Shown here piece by piece: positions 16,378 through 25,989 of a stretch of DNA of 37,116 nt; the stretch's first letter is position 1; the number at the start of each line of letters is the position of its first letter. This DNA comes from a bacterium. Its GTDB lineage: Bacteria; Hydrothermota; Tepidihabitantia; Tepidihabitantales; Tepidihabitantaceae. Under the pieces are notes generated by a model. The model was not told the origin of the DNA and searched no databases. It saw nothing but the letters and a program-made list of their open reading frames with translations. Made by a program: the position numbers and the translations under genes. The DNA is taken from assembly GCA_046484845.1 (NCBI GenBank), contig JAWOIB010000068.1, forward strand, positions 1 through 37,116. Reading direction: 5' to 3'.

Positions 16378-16581
16378 CGGGTCATCCCCCCGGTCATCGG
16401 GCCGGTGACCCGGAGAGCGACCCGGCCGGTCATTCGCCCGGTCATCCGGCGCATCACCCGGCCGCTCATCCGCCGGGCAACCCGGCCCAGCATCGGCCCG
16501 GTAACCGGACCGGTCACCGGGCCGCTCGTCCCCCCGGTCACCGCCCGCATCACCGACCCGGCCACCGCCCGGGTCAGCCCG
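16378..16581. repeat. Degenerate 12-bp tandem repeat, 17 units, consensus CCGGTCAYCCGG
   Basis: Units phased by hand, for example 16390 ccggtcatcggg, 16438 ccggtcatccgg, 16510 ccggtcaccggg, 16534 ccggtcaccgcc. It lies in a 1.24-kb gap with no convincing ORF. Confidence 0.85.
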
Positions 16582-17024
16582 GGAATGCAGGTACGAGCAC
16601 CGGGCGGCGGCCCGCCGGGGTGGCGGGCCGCCGCAGGAACCTGCCCGGTCCGGCGCGAGAGCAGGCTTCCGCGTCGTCCGGGTCTCGCCGGGCGGCAAAG
16701 TCGTGCGCGGTCAGACGGACCTGCTCCGCACCCACCAACTTGTAGCAGATACTTGTCCGGCCCGGGATTTGCGGGGGACGGCCCGGATGCCGTTGCCGGC
16801 ACCACGGTCGCAGTACAGCAGTAGTCTGAAGGAACGATTCACATCCGGCATGACCGGGCCGGCGAAGTCCAGCACCTCCGCCTGCCCGATCGACCTAAAC
16901 CTCGACGCCCTTCGGCAAGAAGTCGCTATGACACTTTCGCTGTGGTTTGACAGCTCGAATATGCCTGCCCGGGGCCGGCTGAAATCCGGCCGTTGCGGAG
17001 GGTTAGCGCGAAGAGCGGGCCTGG

Positions 17025-17915
17025 TCAGGCATCCTCGAACAGCGCCCGGGCGTAGGACGCGGCCTCGAACGGTTCCAGGTCTTCGAGCGTCTCCCCGGTC
17101 CCGATGTAGCGTATCGGCAGGCCGAGCTCAAGCGCGACCGCAATCAGCACCCCGGCACGGGCGGTACCGTCGAGCTTGGCCACAATCAACCCGGTCAGCC
17201 CGAGCTGTTCGTGGAACACCTGGGCCTGGCGCAACCCGTTCTGGCCCACGGTCGCGTCGAGGACCAGCAGGGTCTCATCCGGCGCGCCCGGCCGGACCTT
17301 GCCCAGCACCCGCTTGATCTTCACGACTTCCTGCATCAGGTCGGTCCGGGTGTGCAGCCGGCCGGCGGTGTCCACAATCACGACGTCGTCGCCCCGGCTC
17401 TTCGCCCGGCTGACTGCGTCGAACGCGACCGCGGCCGCGTCCTGCCCCTGCCGGGACCCGACGAACTCGACCCCGGCCCGCTCCGCCCAGACCGCCAGTT
17501 GCTCCGCCGCCGCATCGCGGTAGGTGTCCGCTGCGGCCAGCACCACCCGCCGGCCTTCCTGGCGCAGCCGGTAGCAGAGCTTGCCGGTGGTGGTGGTCTT
17601 GCCCGAGCCGTTGACCCCGACAATCATCATCACCTGCGGCACCGCCGCCGGGTCCGGCGCCGCGGCCGGCGGCTGGCTCGGGGCGAGAATGCGCGCGATT
17701 TCTTCTTCGAGCGCCGCCCGCCGGTCCCCGCCCGCCCGGCGCATCCGCTCGAGCAGCAGCCCGGTTGCCCGCACCCCGACGTCCGCGCCGAGCAGGAGCT
17801 CTTCGAGCTCCTCGACATCCTCGGTCTTGAGCAGCCGCTGGAACACCTGCCGCGTCCGGGCCAGCCCGGCCGCCAGCCGGCGAATGCCCCGGCCGATGCC
17901 ACCGAACGGCGCCAT
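17025..17915 (-). CDS. ftsY: Signal recognition particle receptor FtsY
   Basis: GVNGSGKTTTTGKL (G1), DTAGRLH (G3), VAKLDGTARAG (G4), RYIGTGE. Confidence 0.95.
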   Translation of the reverse strand: MAPFGGIGRGIRRLAAGLARTRQVFQRLLKTEDVEELEELLLGADVGVRATGLLLERMRRAGGDRRAALEEEIARILAPSQPPAAAPDPAAVPQVMMIVGVNGSGKTTTTGKLCYRLRQEGRRVVLAAADTYRDAAAEQLAVWAERAGVEFVGSRQGQDAAAVAFDAVSRAKSRGDDVVIVDTAGRLHTRTDLMQEVVKIKRVLGKVRPGAPDETLLVLDATVGQNGLRQAQVFHEQLGLTGLIVAKLDGTARAGVLIAVALELGLPIRYIGTGETLEDLEPFEAASYARALFEDA

Positions 17916-17918
17916 CGG

Positions 17919-20900
17919 TCAGCTGACCGACGCGCCGGCTTCGCTGTCGCGGTACTCGGCGAGGTTGACCGACACGAGCTTGGACACCCCCGGCTGCTCG
18001 GCGGTGACCCCGAACAGCGAGTCCGCCCGCTCGACCGTCACGCGGTTGTGGGTGATGATGACCACCTGGGTGTGCGCCGACATCTGCTTCAGGTAGTCCG
18101 CGAACCGGCCGACGTTGGCGTCGTCGAGCGGCGCGTCGATTTCGTCCAGGAAACAAAACGGCGCCGGCTTGACGCGGTAGAACGCGAACAGCAGCGATAC
18201 CGCCAGCAGCGCTTTCTCGCCGTCCGAGAGCTGTTCCAGCCGCTTGGGATTCTTGCCCCGGGGCCGGGCGGTGATGACGATGTCCGACTCGAGCGGGTTC
18301 TGCTCGTCGAGCAGTTCCAGGTCCGCCTCACCGGCCAGGAACATCTGCCGGAACGCCTCCCGAAAATGCTCCCGGACCTGGCTGTAGGTTTCGAGGAACC
18401 GCTCGCGGGCGTGGCGGTCGATTTCCGCCATCGAGCCGATCAGGTTCTCGCGCGCCGCGACCACGTCCGCCCGCTGGGCGGCCAGCTTGTCCAGGTCCTT
18501 CCGCTCCTGCTCGTGCTCCTCGACCGCCAGCGGGTTGACCTGGCCCAGCGCGGCCAGCCGGTCCCGGATTTCGGCCAGCCGGCCCGCCACGTTCTCTTCC
18601 GCCCCGGGCTTGAAATTGACGATGTCGGTGCCGTACTCGGTCGCGGCCTCGTGGCGGATCGCCTCGCGCTGCTGGGTAAAAGCATGCAGTGTCATCCGCT
18701 GGTCGAGCAGCAGCGCCTGGTTCCGCTCCCGCGCCTCCCGGTGCTCCGCGAGGTTGCGTTCCAGCTCTTCCTCGGACCGGACCAGGTCCGCCACCGACAG
18801 CTCGCCCGCCCGCGCCTCGAGCGCCGCAATTTCCTCCCGGGCCGCGGCCAGTTCCGGCCGGGACGCCTCGCGCTCCTCCGCCAGCCGGGCGGCATCGGCG
18901 CGCGCCGCCGCCGCCCGCTGCTCCAGCCCGGTTGCCCGCTGCCGCCGCTCTTCGATGCTGCGGCGCAGAAAATCCCGCTCGCTCTCCAGCCGCGACACCT
19001 GCTGCCGGCCGTCGCTCAGCCGGGCCAGCCGCTCGCTCGCCCGGGCCAGCCGGTCCCGCGCCTCCTGCTCCCGGGTCCCGGCCTCCTCGTCCACCCGGCG
19101 CTGGACCGCGGTCTGGCTTTCGACCTTGGCGTCGAGCGCCTCGAGTTCCAGCCGGACAGTCGCCAGCGCGCGCTCGTTCTCGCGCCGGCTGTTGCCTGCC
19201 TGCTCAAGCTCGCTCAGCAGCCGGGCTTCCTCCCGCTCGACCTCCGCCAGCCGTGCGCCCAGCGTCTCGCTCCGCACCTCGGTCGTGCCCCGCACCCGCT
19301 CCGCCTTGACCAGCGTCGCCCGGGCTTCCTCGACCTGCCGGTGCAGCGCGACCGCCGCGCTTTCTAGCCCGGACTCGCGCGCGGCCAGCCCGGCCAGTTC
19401 TTCCTCGGCCCGCGCCAGCCCGGCCGCGGTGTCCGCCAGCTGGCGCTCGAGCCGCAGCCGGCCCCGCGCCGGCCCGGCCACCACGTAACCGCCCTGCTCG
19501 AGCCGGGCGTACCCGCGCCGGTTGACCAGCAGCCGGCCCGGCAGCCGCCGGGCGAGCGCCTCGAGGTCAGCGTTGTCGCCCGCCACGACCGCCGACCCGA
19601 CCGCCCGGGCCACCGCCATCGGGCAGCCCAGCCGCAGCCCGACGTGCCGGCTGAGCAGGTCCAGCGATTCCGGCGTTCCCGGGTCCGCCGGCGCCGCGCC
19701 CCCGGGTTCGCTCTCGGTTACCAGCCCGCAGCCCGATTCTGGGCCGTGCTCCGCCAGCCGGGCCAGTTCCTCGGAGCTCAGCCCGCCCGCGACGACCAGG
19801 AACTGCAGCACCGACTGCAGCGCCGCCTCGCAGGCCCGCTCCCAGCCTTCTTCAATCTCCAGGTAGCCGCCGATTTCGCCCCGGACCCGCTCGCCCAGTT
19901 GCTCGCGCACCGGCGTGACCAGGTCCGGCAGCGCCGAGCGGAGCACTGCCAGCTCTTTCTCCAGCCGACCGCGCCGCTCCCGGGACGCCAGCAGCGCCCG
20001 GTGAATCTCCGCCCGCTCCCGGGCGCTCCGCGTCAGCGCCGCCTCACCGTCCGCCAGTTGCTGCCGGGCGCGTTCCAGCGCCTCGGTTGCGGCCTCCGCG
20101 GCATGCCCGGCCTCTTCGCGCTCCGCCCGCAGCTGCGCCAGCCGGGCCCGGGTCTCGTCCCGCTCGCGCGCCAGCCGCTCTGCGTTTTCGGCCAGGTTCC
20201 GGCCGACCGCGACCAGGTAATCCTCTCGGCTGCCTACCGCGTTCCGCTTCTCGAGCAGGCCCTGGAAGCTCTCGCGTACCGACTGCCCGTGCACTCGCAG
20301 TTCGTGGAGTTTCTGTTCCGCCTGCGCGGTCTCCTGCTGGGCCTTCTCCAGCTCCGCCTGCAGTTCCTGCTGGCGGGCGTTCGCCTGCTCCAGCTTCCGG
20401 ACCGCCTGGTTGAACGCCTCTTCGAGTTCGGCCATGCTCCGGGCAAGCTCTTCGCGGTCCGCGTCCGCCCGGGCCGCGTCCTCCTCGAGGAATGCGGTGC
20501 GCTGGCCCGTCACCAGATCCCGGTTCTCGACCCCGGCCAGCGCGTCCCGCCGCCGCCGCATCTCGGTCGCGATGAGCTCCTTCCGGCTCTGGACTTCCCG
20601 CACCTGCTCGCGGCTGCGCGCGAGCTCCGCCTCGAGCCGGTGGATGTCGTTCAGCCGCTCCGCCTCCGCGGCCTCCAGCGCTTCGACGTCCCGGCTCAGC
20701 GCCGCCGCGTCCCGTGCCGCCGCCTCGTAGTCCTCCTTCAGTTCGAGCAGCCGCAGGTCCCGCTCCTCCGCCCGCAGCTTCTCCCACACCCGCAGCCGTC
20801 CCGACTGCCGTCGGAGCGAGCGCACCACCCGCTCGCGCTCCGCGATGATGTCGTCCAACCGGACCAGGTCGGCTTCGGTCAGCTCGAGCTTGCGCAGGCA

Positions 20901-21413
20901 GTCCGCCTTCGCCTCTCGGTACTTCGCCAGCGTCGCCGCCTCCTCGAACATCCGGCGGACGTTGCCGGCGATGATCTCGCGCATCTGGCGCAGGTCGAAT
21001 ATCGAGTAGGCCCGGGTGCCGATGCCCGACTGGAGGAACACCTCCATGATGTCCTTCATCCGGCAGGGCTGGCGGTTGAGGTAGTACTCGCTCTCACCGG
21101 TGCGGAAGTAGCGCCGGCGGATTTCGATTTCCGCCGGGTACTCGGGCAGCGAGTCATTGGCCAGCACCAGCCGGACCTCGGCCAGGTTGGTCGGCGCGAT
21201 GGTGGCGGTGCCGCCGAAAATCAGGTCTTCGTTCTTTGCGCAGCGCAGCACGGTCGAACTCTGCTCGCCCAGCACCCAGCGCAGCGCGTCAAGAATGTTG
21301 GTCTTGCCGCAGCCGTTCGGCCCGATGACCGCATTCATCCGCGACGAGAACCGCAGGGTGGTCTTATCCTGGAACGACTTGAACCCGACCAGCTGGAGCT
21401 CGCTGATGTGCAC
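17919..21413 (-). CDS. smc: Chromosome segregation protein SMC
   Basis: GPNGCGKTN Walker A, long coiled coils, signature LSDGEKALLAVSLLFA, Walker B FCFLDEIDAPLDD. GTG 21413 gives MHISELQLVGFKSF, which aligns with the canonical SMC N-terminus. The ORF track's TTG 21446 is the alternative start. Confidence 0.93.
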   Translation of the reverse strand: MHISELQLVGFKSFQDKTTLRFSSRMNAVIGPNGCGKTNILDALRWVLGEQSSTVLRCAKNEDLIFGGTATIAPTNLAEVRLVLANDSLPEYPAEIEIRRRYFRTGESEYYLNRQPCRMKDIMEVFLQSGIGTRAYSIFDLRQMREIIAGNVRRMFEEAATLAKYREAKADCLRKLELTEADLVRLDDIIAERERVVRSLRRQSGRLRVWEKLRAEERDLRLLELKEDYEAAARDAAALSRDVEALEAAEAERLNDIHRLEAELARSREQVREVQSRKELIATEMRRRRDALAGVENRDLVTGQRTAFLEEDAARADADREELARSMAELEEAFNQAVRKLEQANARQQELQAELEKAQQETAQAEQKLHELRVHGQSVRESFQGLLEKRNAVGSREDYLVAVGRNLAENAERLARERDETRARLAQLRAEREEAGHAAEAATEALERARQQLADGEAALTRSARERAEIHRALLASRERRGRLEKELAVLRSALPDLVTPVREQLGERVRGEIGGYLEIEEGWERACEAALQSVLQFLVVAGGLSSEELARLAEHGPESGCGLVTESEPGGAAPADPGTPESLDLLSRHVGLRLGCPMAVARAVGSAVVAGDNADLEALARRLPGRLLVNRRGYARLEQGGYVVAGPARGRLRLERQLADTAAGLARAEEELAGLAARESGLESAAVALHRQVEEARATLVKAERVRGTTEVRSETLGARLAEVEREEARLLSELEQAGNSRRENERALATVRLELEALDAKVESQTAVQRRVDEEAGTREQEARDRLARASERLARLSDGRQQVSRLESERDFLRRSIEERRQRATGLEQRAAAARADAARLAEEREASRPELAAAREEIAALEARAGELSVADLVRSEEELERNLAEHREARERNQALLLDQRMTLHAFTQQREAIRHEAATEYGTDIVNFKPGAEENVAGRLAEIRDRLAALGQVNPLAVEEHEQERKDLDKLAAQRADVVAARENLIGSMAEIDRHARERFLETYSQVREHFREAFRQMFLAGEADLELLDEQNPLESDIVITARPRGKNPKRLEQLSDGEKALLAVSLLFAFYRVKPAPFCFLDEIDAPLDDANVGRFADYLKQMSAHTQVVIITHNRVTVERADSLFGVTAEQPGVSKLVSVNLAEYRDSEAGASVS

Positions 21414-21465
21414 GGGCAAGAATATGACTGCTGCCCGGCAAGTCAAGCCCCGTGGGACTGCCGGG

Positions 21466-22452
21466 CTAGCCGATGATGACCGCCGCGGCCTCCGCCGCGC
21501 CGGCCGGCCGGACCGCGAGCGGCACCCCCGCCGCCCGCACCGTCACCGATGCTTCCTGCCGCTGGTCCGAGTACCGGGCGCAGATGCGGGCCGCGAGCTC
21601 CCGGTCCGTCTCCCGGTCCGGTATCAGCAGCCCCACCGGCCCGGGCAGTTCGCTCGCGTCAATTACCGCCGCGCCCGCCGGCGCCCGCCGGACCAGTTCG
21701 TCGTTCTCAACCTCGTTCCGGCCCACCACCAGCCGTACCCCGGAGCCCAGCCGGAAATGCCGCCCCAGCCGCAATAGCTCCAACACCGCGACCGAGTCCT
21801 CGCCGTGCTCGAAGGCCTCCCGTACCCGACGCGCGTAACCGACGTCCGTCAGGAGACAGCCACCCGCCGGGTTGGCGAAACCCGATACTCCCAGTGCCGC
21901 CGCCAGCGCGAACTGCCGCTTCCGGCTCCGGCCCTGGATATCCAGCAAACGCTCCCGGTCCACGATGCCCTCCCGTTCCGGCACCGTCGGCTCGAGCAGC
22001 CGGGCGGACAGCGGTCGCAGCAGGTAGCCTTCCGCGCCGGACCGCCTCGCCACCAGCTCCAGCCCGGGCTTGCGCTGGGACATCGGCCGCTGGCCGAGCA
22101 CTTCGCCGGTGATGACGAACGCCGCGCCCCGCGACCGGCCCCATTCCCAGGCCCGCCTGACCATCAGGATGTGGCAGTCGATGCAGGGGTTCAGGTTCCG
22201 GCCGTGGCCGTAACGTGGCGACTTGACCAGCTCGACGAAACCCTCGTCAATCGGCAGCCGGACCAGTTCGATGCCCAGAAGCTCGGAAACAACCTCGGCC
22301 GGTCCCGGGCCATCGAGCGGCGGTGGGCAGTAGCCGCCGGAAAAGTTGACGCCGGTGACCTCGATGCCCTGGTCCTGGATGAGTCGCACCGCCAGCGCCG
22401 AGTCGAGGCCGCCCGACATCAGCGCGACGCAGCCCGCGCGGGTGTTCGTCAC
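21466..22452 (-). CDS. PP-loop ATP-pyrophosphatase family protein (ThiI/MnmA-like tRNA sulfur-transfer enzyme)
   Basis: ALMSGGLDS PP-loop, NPCIDCH, VITGEVLGQRPMSQ. GTG 22452 overlaps the upstream stop (GTGA). The alternative start is 22488. Confidence 0.75.
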   Translation of the reverse strand: MTNTRAGCVALMSGGLDSALAVRLIQDQGIEVTGVNFSGGYCPPPLDGPGPAEVVSELLGIELVRLPIDEGFVELVKSPRYGHGRNLNPCIDCHILMVRRAWEWGRSRGAAFVITGEVLGQRPMSQRKPGLELVARRSGAEGYLLRPLSARLLEPTVPEREGIVDRERLLDIQGRSRKRQFALAAALGVSGFANPAGGCLLTDVGYARRVREAFEHGEDSVAVLELLRLGRHFRLGSGVRLVVGRNEVENDELVRRAPAGAAVIDASELPGPVGLLIPDRETDRELAARICARYSDQRQEASVTVRAAGVPLAVRPAGAAEAAAVIIG

Positions 22453-24209
22453 CGGGCCCGGCCGGTGTTGTGCGCGTCGCGCTGCCATTTCGGCCAGGGC
22501 GCGGCCGGGTCGAGCGGCCCGTCCCGGTAGCCCGCGATGCAGAAGATACCGTCGTAGTAGGCAACGATGATGTCGCCCCGGCTGGTCAGCGTCGGCTGGA
22601 TGCGCGGCATGTCGTCTCGACCGGCCGGGTGGTCTGAGAGAACACAGCGCCAGCGTTCAACGCCGTCGTCCTGTCCGAGGCAGTGGACCGCCTCCGATTC
22701 GGGGGAGACCAGGTACAGCAGCCCGTTGGCGGCCAGCGCCGGCGTGCAATCCATCTGGGCCTCCTCGTCCCACGTCGTCCATCGCTCGGTGCCATCGAAC
22801 TCCAGACACGCGGTAGTGATGTCGGTTGCGCAGTAGATGGCGTCCCTGCCGACCGCGATGCCGTATGCGAGCCGGGAGTCGTGGGTCCAGAGCGGACTGC
22901 CGTCCGGGCCAAGCGCCCCGACCACGCAGCGGGTGTAGTCAACCGGCGCGCTGTAGTAAACCCGGTCCGCGCCGTCAACCGCTAGCGCGTACACGGAATG
23001 ACCATCGCTGACCCGGGTTTCCCAGATCACCGAGTCGAGGTCCGGGGTCAGGCAGGCGATCGTGCTCGCCCGGCCGACGATCACGTTTCCTGCGGAAGTC
23101 GCCACCGGCGGCGAGAGAACCGTCACCGAGTCGAACGAGGCGATAACCTCGACCCCGGTACCGCGGTCCTCGAAGCACCAGAGCCGGCCCTCGTTATGCG
23201 GCCGAATGCCCCGGAAGTAGTCCCAAGTCGCGTAGACCCTGCTCCCGGCAATCACCGGCGCGCTCCAGCGGCCGGTCGTCTCCGGCCGTACCGACCATAC
23301 CTCAACCAGCCCCGGCGTGTAGGCCGAGAACGCGCCGTCGCTCCGGCCGACGATGAGATGACCGACCTGCTCGTTCCAGGCCGGGTACGGGCTGAACTCT
23401 GCGCCCGGCGGCCCGGGCAGTATGCGGTGGCTCGCCCCGATGGCGTGCAGGTCCCGACCGCTGACGATGACTAGTTCCTCGCCGCCGGCGAACACGACCA
23501 GCGGCGTGCCGTCGTAGGCGATCCGGCGCTCGGGCCGGTACGACCAGCGCACCGCCCCGGTTTCCCCGACCACCAGCGTCTCGGACGGGCTCCAGTCGCT
23601 CTCGCTGCCCTTCCAGTCCCGGGCCTTCGCCCGCACCGGCACCAACCCGGTCCGCCCGAACCGGTGCGAGTCCAGCGCCCATCCGGATACGCCACCGTCG
23701 GTGAACCCGGTCCAGGCCCCGACCGTACCGCCGTAATCGAACAGGTACTGCACGCTGTCCAGGTCCGGGTCCCGCGCATGCGCCCGGAAGAGGGTCCAGG
23801 CGTCGGGCAGCGCCCGCTCCGGCAACCGCAGCGTCGGCACCGCCGGCACCCCGTTCGCCCGCACCGTCATCGTCACCGGCGCGGACCAGTCCGAGGTCTC
23901 GTCCGTCCGGCCGGCGGACGCAGCCCGGAAGCTCACTTCGTGACCGCCCGGGGCCGTCCAGGCATGGCGCATCGTAGCGGTGTCGCCCGACCCGGACACC
24001 GCCGAGGTGTCAGTTCGGCCGTCGCCCCAGTCCGCGATGAACACCACCGGCCTGCCGTCTGGTGACCGGCTGGTAACCCGGAACCCTACCGGCTGGGACT
24101 GGTACGCCTCGGCGGGATGCTCGACGATTTCCGGCGGGAGCGGCGCGACATCCGTGCAGGCCAGCAGCGTCAGCACCCCCGCCGCGGTGACGAACCGCTT
24201 CACGTTCAT
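22449..24209 (-). CDS. Lipoprotein with PKD-like domains and a PQQ/BamB-like beta-propeller
   Basis: Lipobox VLTLLAC. Two PKD-like modules (FIADWGDGRTD...SDWSAPVTMTV and YLFDYGG...SESDWSPSETLVV). Repetitive W/G-rich propeller blades follow. Confidence 0.7.
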   Translation of the reverse strand: MNVKRFVTAAGVLTLLACTDVAPLPPEIVEHPAEAYQSQPVGFRVTSRSPDGRPVVFIADWGDGRTDTSAVSGSGDTATMRHAWTAPGGHEVSFRAASAGRTDETSDWSAPVTMTVRANGVPAVPTLRLPERALPDAWTLFRAHARDPDLDSVQYLFDYGGTVGAWTGFTDGGVSGWALDSHRFGRTGLVPVRAKARDWKGSESDWSPSETLVVGETGAVRWSYRPERRIAYDGTPLVVFAGGEELVIVSGRDLHAIGASHRILPGPPGAEFSPYPAWNEQVGHLIVGRSDGAFSAYTPGLVEVWSVRPETTGRWSAPVIAGSRVYATWDYFRGIRPHNEGRLWCFEDRGTGVEVIASFDSVTVLSPPVATSAGNVIVGRASTIACLTPDLDSVIWETRVSDGHSVYALAVDGADRVYYSAPVDYTRCVVGALGPDGSPLWTHDSRLAYGIAVGRDAIYCATDITTACLEFDGTERWTTWDEEAQMDCTPALAANGLLYLVSPESEAVHCLGQDDGVERWRCVLSDHPAGRDDMPRIQPTLTSRGDIIVAYYDGIFCIAGYRDGPLDPAAPWPKWQRDAHNTGRAR

Positions 24210-24256
24210 GGTCTATCTTAGCCCGGGACCCCAGCTGCGTCAATTGCTCGAAAGAG

Positions 24257-24282
24257 AGACCGGGGCGGTGACGCCCCGGTCT
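24257..24282 (-). terminator. Rho-independent-type terminator after the Spy/CpxP-like gene
   Basis: 11-bp stem agaccggggcg / cgccccggtct with loop gtga. On the minus strand it is followed by CTCTTTC. It lies 26 nt after the stop at 24308. Confidence 0.55.
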
Positions 24283-24307
24283 TGGGAGGCAGACAGCAGG
24301 AAGGAGG

Positions 24308-24880
24308 CTACTTCTCGCCGTGTCCCGAACAGTTCTCGCAATCACCCTGGCAGTCGCCCTGCCGGCCCTGGCCGCGCATGCCCCGACCCTTACGGCCTTC
24401 ACCGCCCATGCCTTTACCTCGCCGCTCGCCTTCGCGACCGGCCGCCCGGAGCTGCTCCCGCTGCTCCGGCGTCAGCAGTTCGAGCATCGCCACCCGGAGA
24501 TTCACCCGGGCGACTTCCAGCTTCTCGCGCAGGCCGGAGATCTCCTTAACCTTGGCAACCAGCTTCCTGGCTTCCAGCTTCTCCGCCCGCCAGAGCGCAA
24601 CCATCTCGGTCGCCTTAACCTCGAGGTCGGCCCGCACTGTCGCCAGCGCCTTCACCTGCTCGGCCCGCAACTCATCAAGCTTCTGACGCTGGGCCTCGGT
24701 CAGCTCCACCCCGCGCAGGCCCAGACCCGCCCGGCGGCCCATCCGCATCCCTTCGCCCGACCTCATCCCGGCCTTGCCGCACCCGTCGCAGTCATGACCG
24801 GCTTCGGCCGCGACCGTCACCGCCGGTAGCGCGACCAGCAGCAGCGCGACCAGCAGCATCAGTGGTGTTCTACTTCTCAT
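24308..24880 (-). CDS. Periplasmic Spy/CpxP/ZraP-like (LTxxQ) protein with Cys/His/Met-rich termini
   Basis: Signal peptide. Two LTxxQ motifs (LTEAQRQKL, LTPEQREQL). HDCDGCGKAGMRSGEGMRMG near the N-terminus and GDCQGDCENCSGHGEK at the C-terminus. SD AAGGAG upstream. Confidence 0.75.
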   Translation of the reverse strand: MRSRTPLMLLVALLLVALPAVTVAAEAGHDCDGCGKAGMRSGEGMRMGRRAGLGLRGVELTEAQRQKLDELRAEQVKALATVRADLEVKATEMVALWRAEKLEARKLVAKVKEISGLREKLEVARVNLRVAMLELLTPEQREQLRAAGREGERRGKGMGGEGRKGRGMRGQGRQGDCQGDCENCSGHGEK

Positions 24881-24994
24881 CTTCGGATTCTCCTTTGTTG
24901 GTCCTGTTTGTCACGGGCGGCCCAGCACCACGGCAGCAAATGGTTTGACCGAGCTGTCGTCTCTCTTGGTGCCGGGCCGCCGTGCATTCCGTCA

Positions 24995-25516
24995 TCACCT
25001 GTCGTCCCGGGGCGCCCGCTCGCGCCACGGCCGGCGGGGCGGGGACGGCGGACCATCCGGTCCGCAGTCACGCCGGCTCGGCCGGTACCGGTAACCGTGC
25101 CTGTCCGGCCGGTGCCGCATCCCCTCCCAGCGCTCGCGCAGCATGCCGCGCCGTTGCTCCGGGAACATCCTGAAAATCTCCTGCCCGGTCGCGAACGCCA
25201 CCCGGTTCATCTCCCGGTGGACGCCCGCCAACCGGTCGAGCAGCGAATCCAACGTCGCCTGGTTCGGCCGCTCTTCGTCGCCCAGCAGTGCCAGCGCCCG
25301 CCGGGCATCAAGATACTCATGCCGGAGCGAATCCATCTCGTCCCGGTGCTCGTCCAGCACCACCGAAATCCGTTGCCGGGTGTCTTGCTTCAGCTCACGG
25401 TAGAACCGCCGCTCCCGGTTCCAGCGCCGGTAGCGGTGCCAGGCGAACGCCCCGATCGCCCCGGCATTCAGCGCCAGCGAAGCCGCCAGCGCCACGATCA
25501 GCCAGCGGGGCTTCAC
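24995..25516 (-). CDS. Membrane-anchored helical protein (periplasmic heavy-metal-sensor / Spy-like fold suspected)
   Basis: One N-terminal TM (WLIVALAASLALNAGAIGAFAW) followed by a charged helical region. GTG 25516 overlaps the anti-sigma stop (GTGA). Confidence 0.6.
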   Translation of the reverse strand: MKPRWLIVALAASLALNAGAIGAFAWHRYRRWNRERRFYRELKQDTRQRISVVLDEHRDEMDSLRHEYLDARRALALLGDEERPNQATLDSLLDRLAGVHREMNRVAFATGQEIFRMFPEQRRGMLRERWEGMRHRPDRHGYRYRPSRRDCGPDGPPSPPRRPWRERAPRDDR

Positions 25517-25938
25517 AGCTCGCTCCCCAGCGTCGCGTCGACGTAGTCGGTCAGCGCCGGCATGCCGTTTACCGCCAGCGGGTCAAGCTCCAGGTCGGCG
25601 CGCCCGGCCAGGTCCGTGCCCACCCAGGCCCCGCCCGCCACGAACAGCGCCAGTGCCGCCGCGGTCAGCCCGACCCTCAGCCCGTGCAACGCCGGCAACC
25701 GCCAGCCGCGTTCCTGCCGGCCCGCCCGGACCTCGGCCATCACCCTGGTCACCAGGCCCGGGCCCGGTTCCGGCTCGGGCAGCTCGTGGAGCAGCGCCCG
25801 GTCGGCCTCGAACCCGGCCCGCAGGCCGGCGCAGTCCGGGCAGGCGGCCAGGTGGCGCTCCAACGTCCCGACCGCCGCCGGTGCAAGCTCGCCGGCCATC
25901 AGCGCCGGGAGCGACTTCCTGCAGTTACCGCATTTCAT
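25513..25938 (-). CDS. Anti-sigma factor, zf-HC2 type, single-pass membrane
   Basis: HLAACPDCAG (Hx3Cx2C), a central TM (VGLTAAALALFVAGGAWV), and SD GGGAGG upstream of ATG 25938. Confidence 0.8.
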   Translation of the reverse strand: MKCGNCRKSLPALMAGELAPAAVGTLERHLAACPDCAGLRAGFEADRALLHELPEPEPGPGLVTRVMAEVRAGRQERGWRLPALHGLRVGLTAAALALFVAGGAWVGTDLAGRADLELDPLAVNGMPALTDYVDATLGSEL

Positions 25939-25989
25939 GATTCTCTAACCTCCCTAGACCCGGCCGCGTCCGAAAACCTGCGGTCGGTC

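Noticed and set aside
16378-16581. The 12-bp repeat array considered as a CRISPR array.
   Set aside because: The units are only 12 bp and directly abut each other with no spacers. There are no cas genes in the window.
16263-16824. ORFs spanning the repeat array (16263..16805 minus, 16276..16824 plus, 16326..16745 plus) considered as real repeat-protein genes.
   Set aside because: All frames are open simply because of the repeat composition. Outside the array the minus ORF examined by hand has low third-position GC compared with a sampled real gene. I saw no SD and no recognisable domain. This remains an open question in the findings rather than a feature.
16040-17024. SRP RNA, tmRNA, RNase P RNA or tRNA hidden in the gap next to ftsY.
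   Set aside because: By eye I found none of the conserved cores (GGAAGCAGC-type SRP domain IV, GAGGAAAGTCC of RNase P, GGTTCGAATCC-type T-loops). A covariance-model scan would be needed to exclude them formally.
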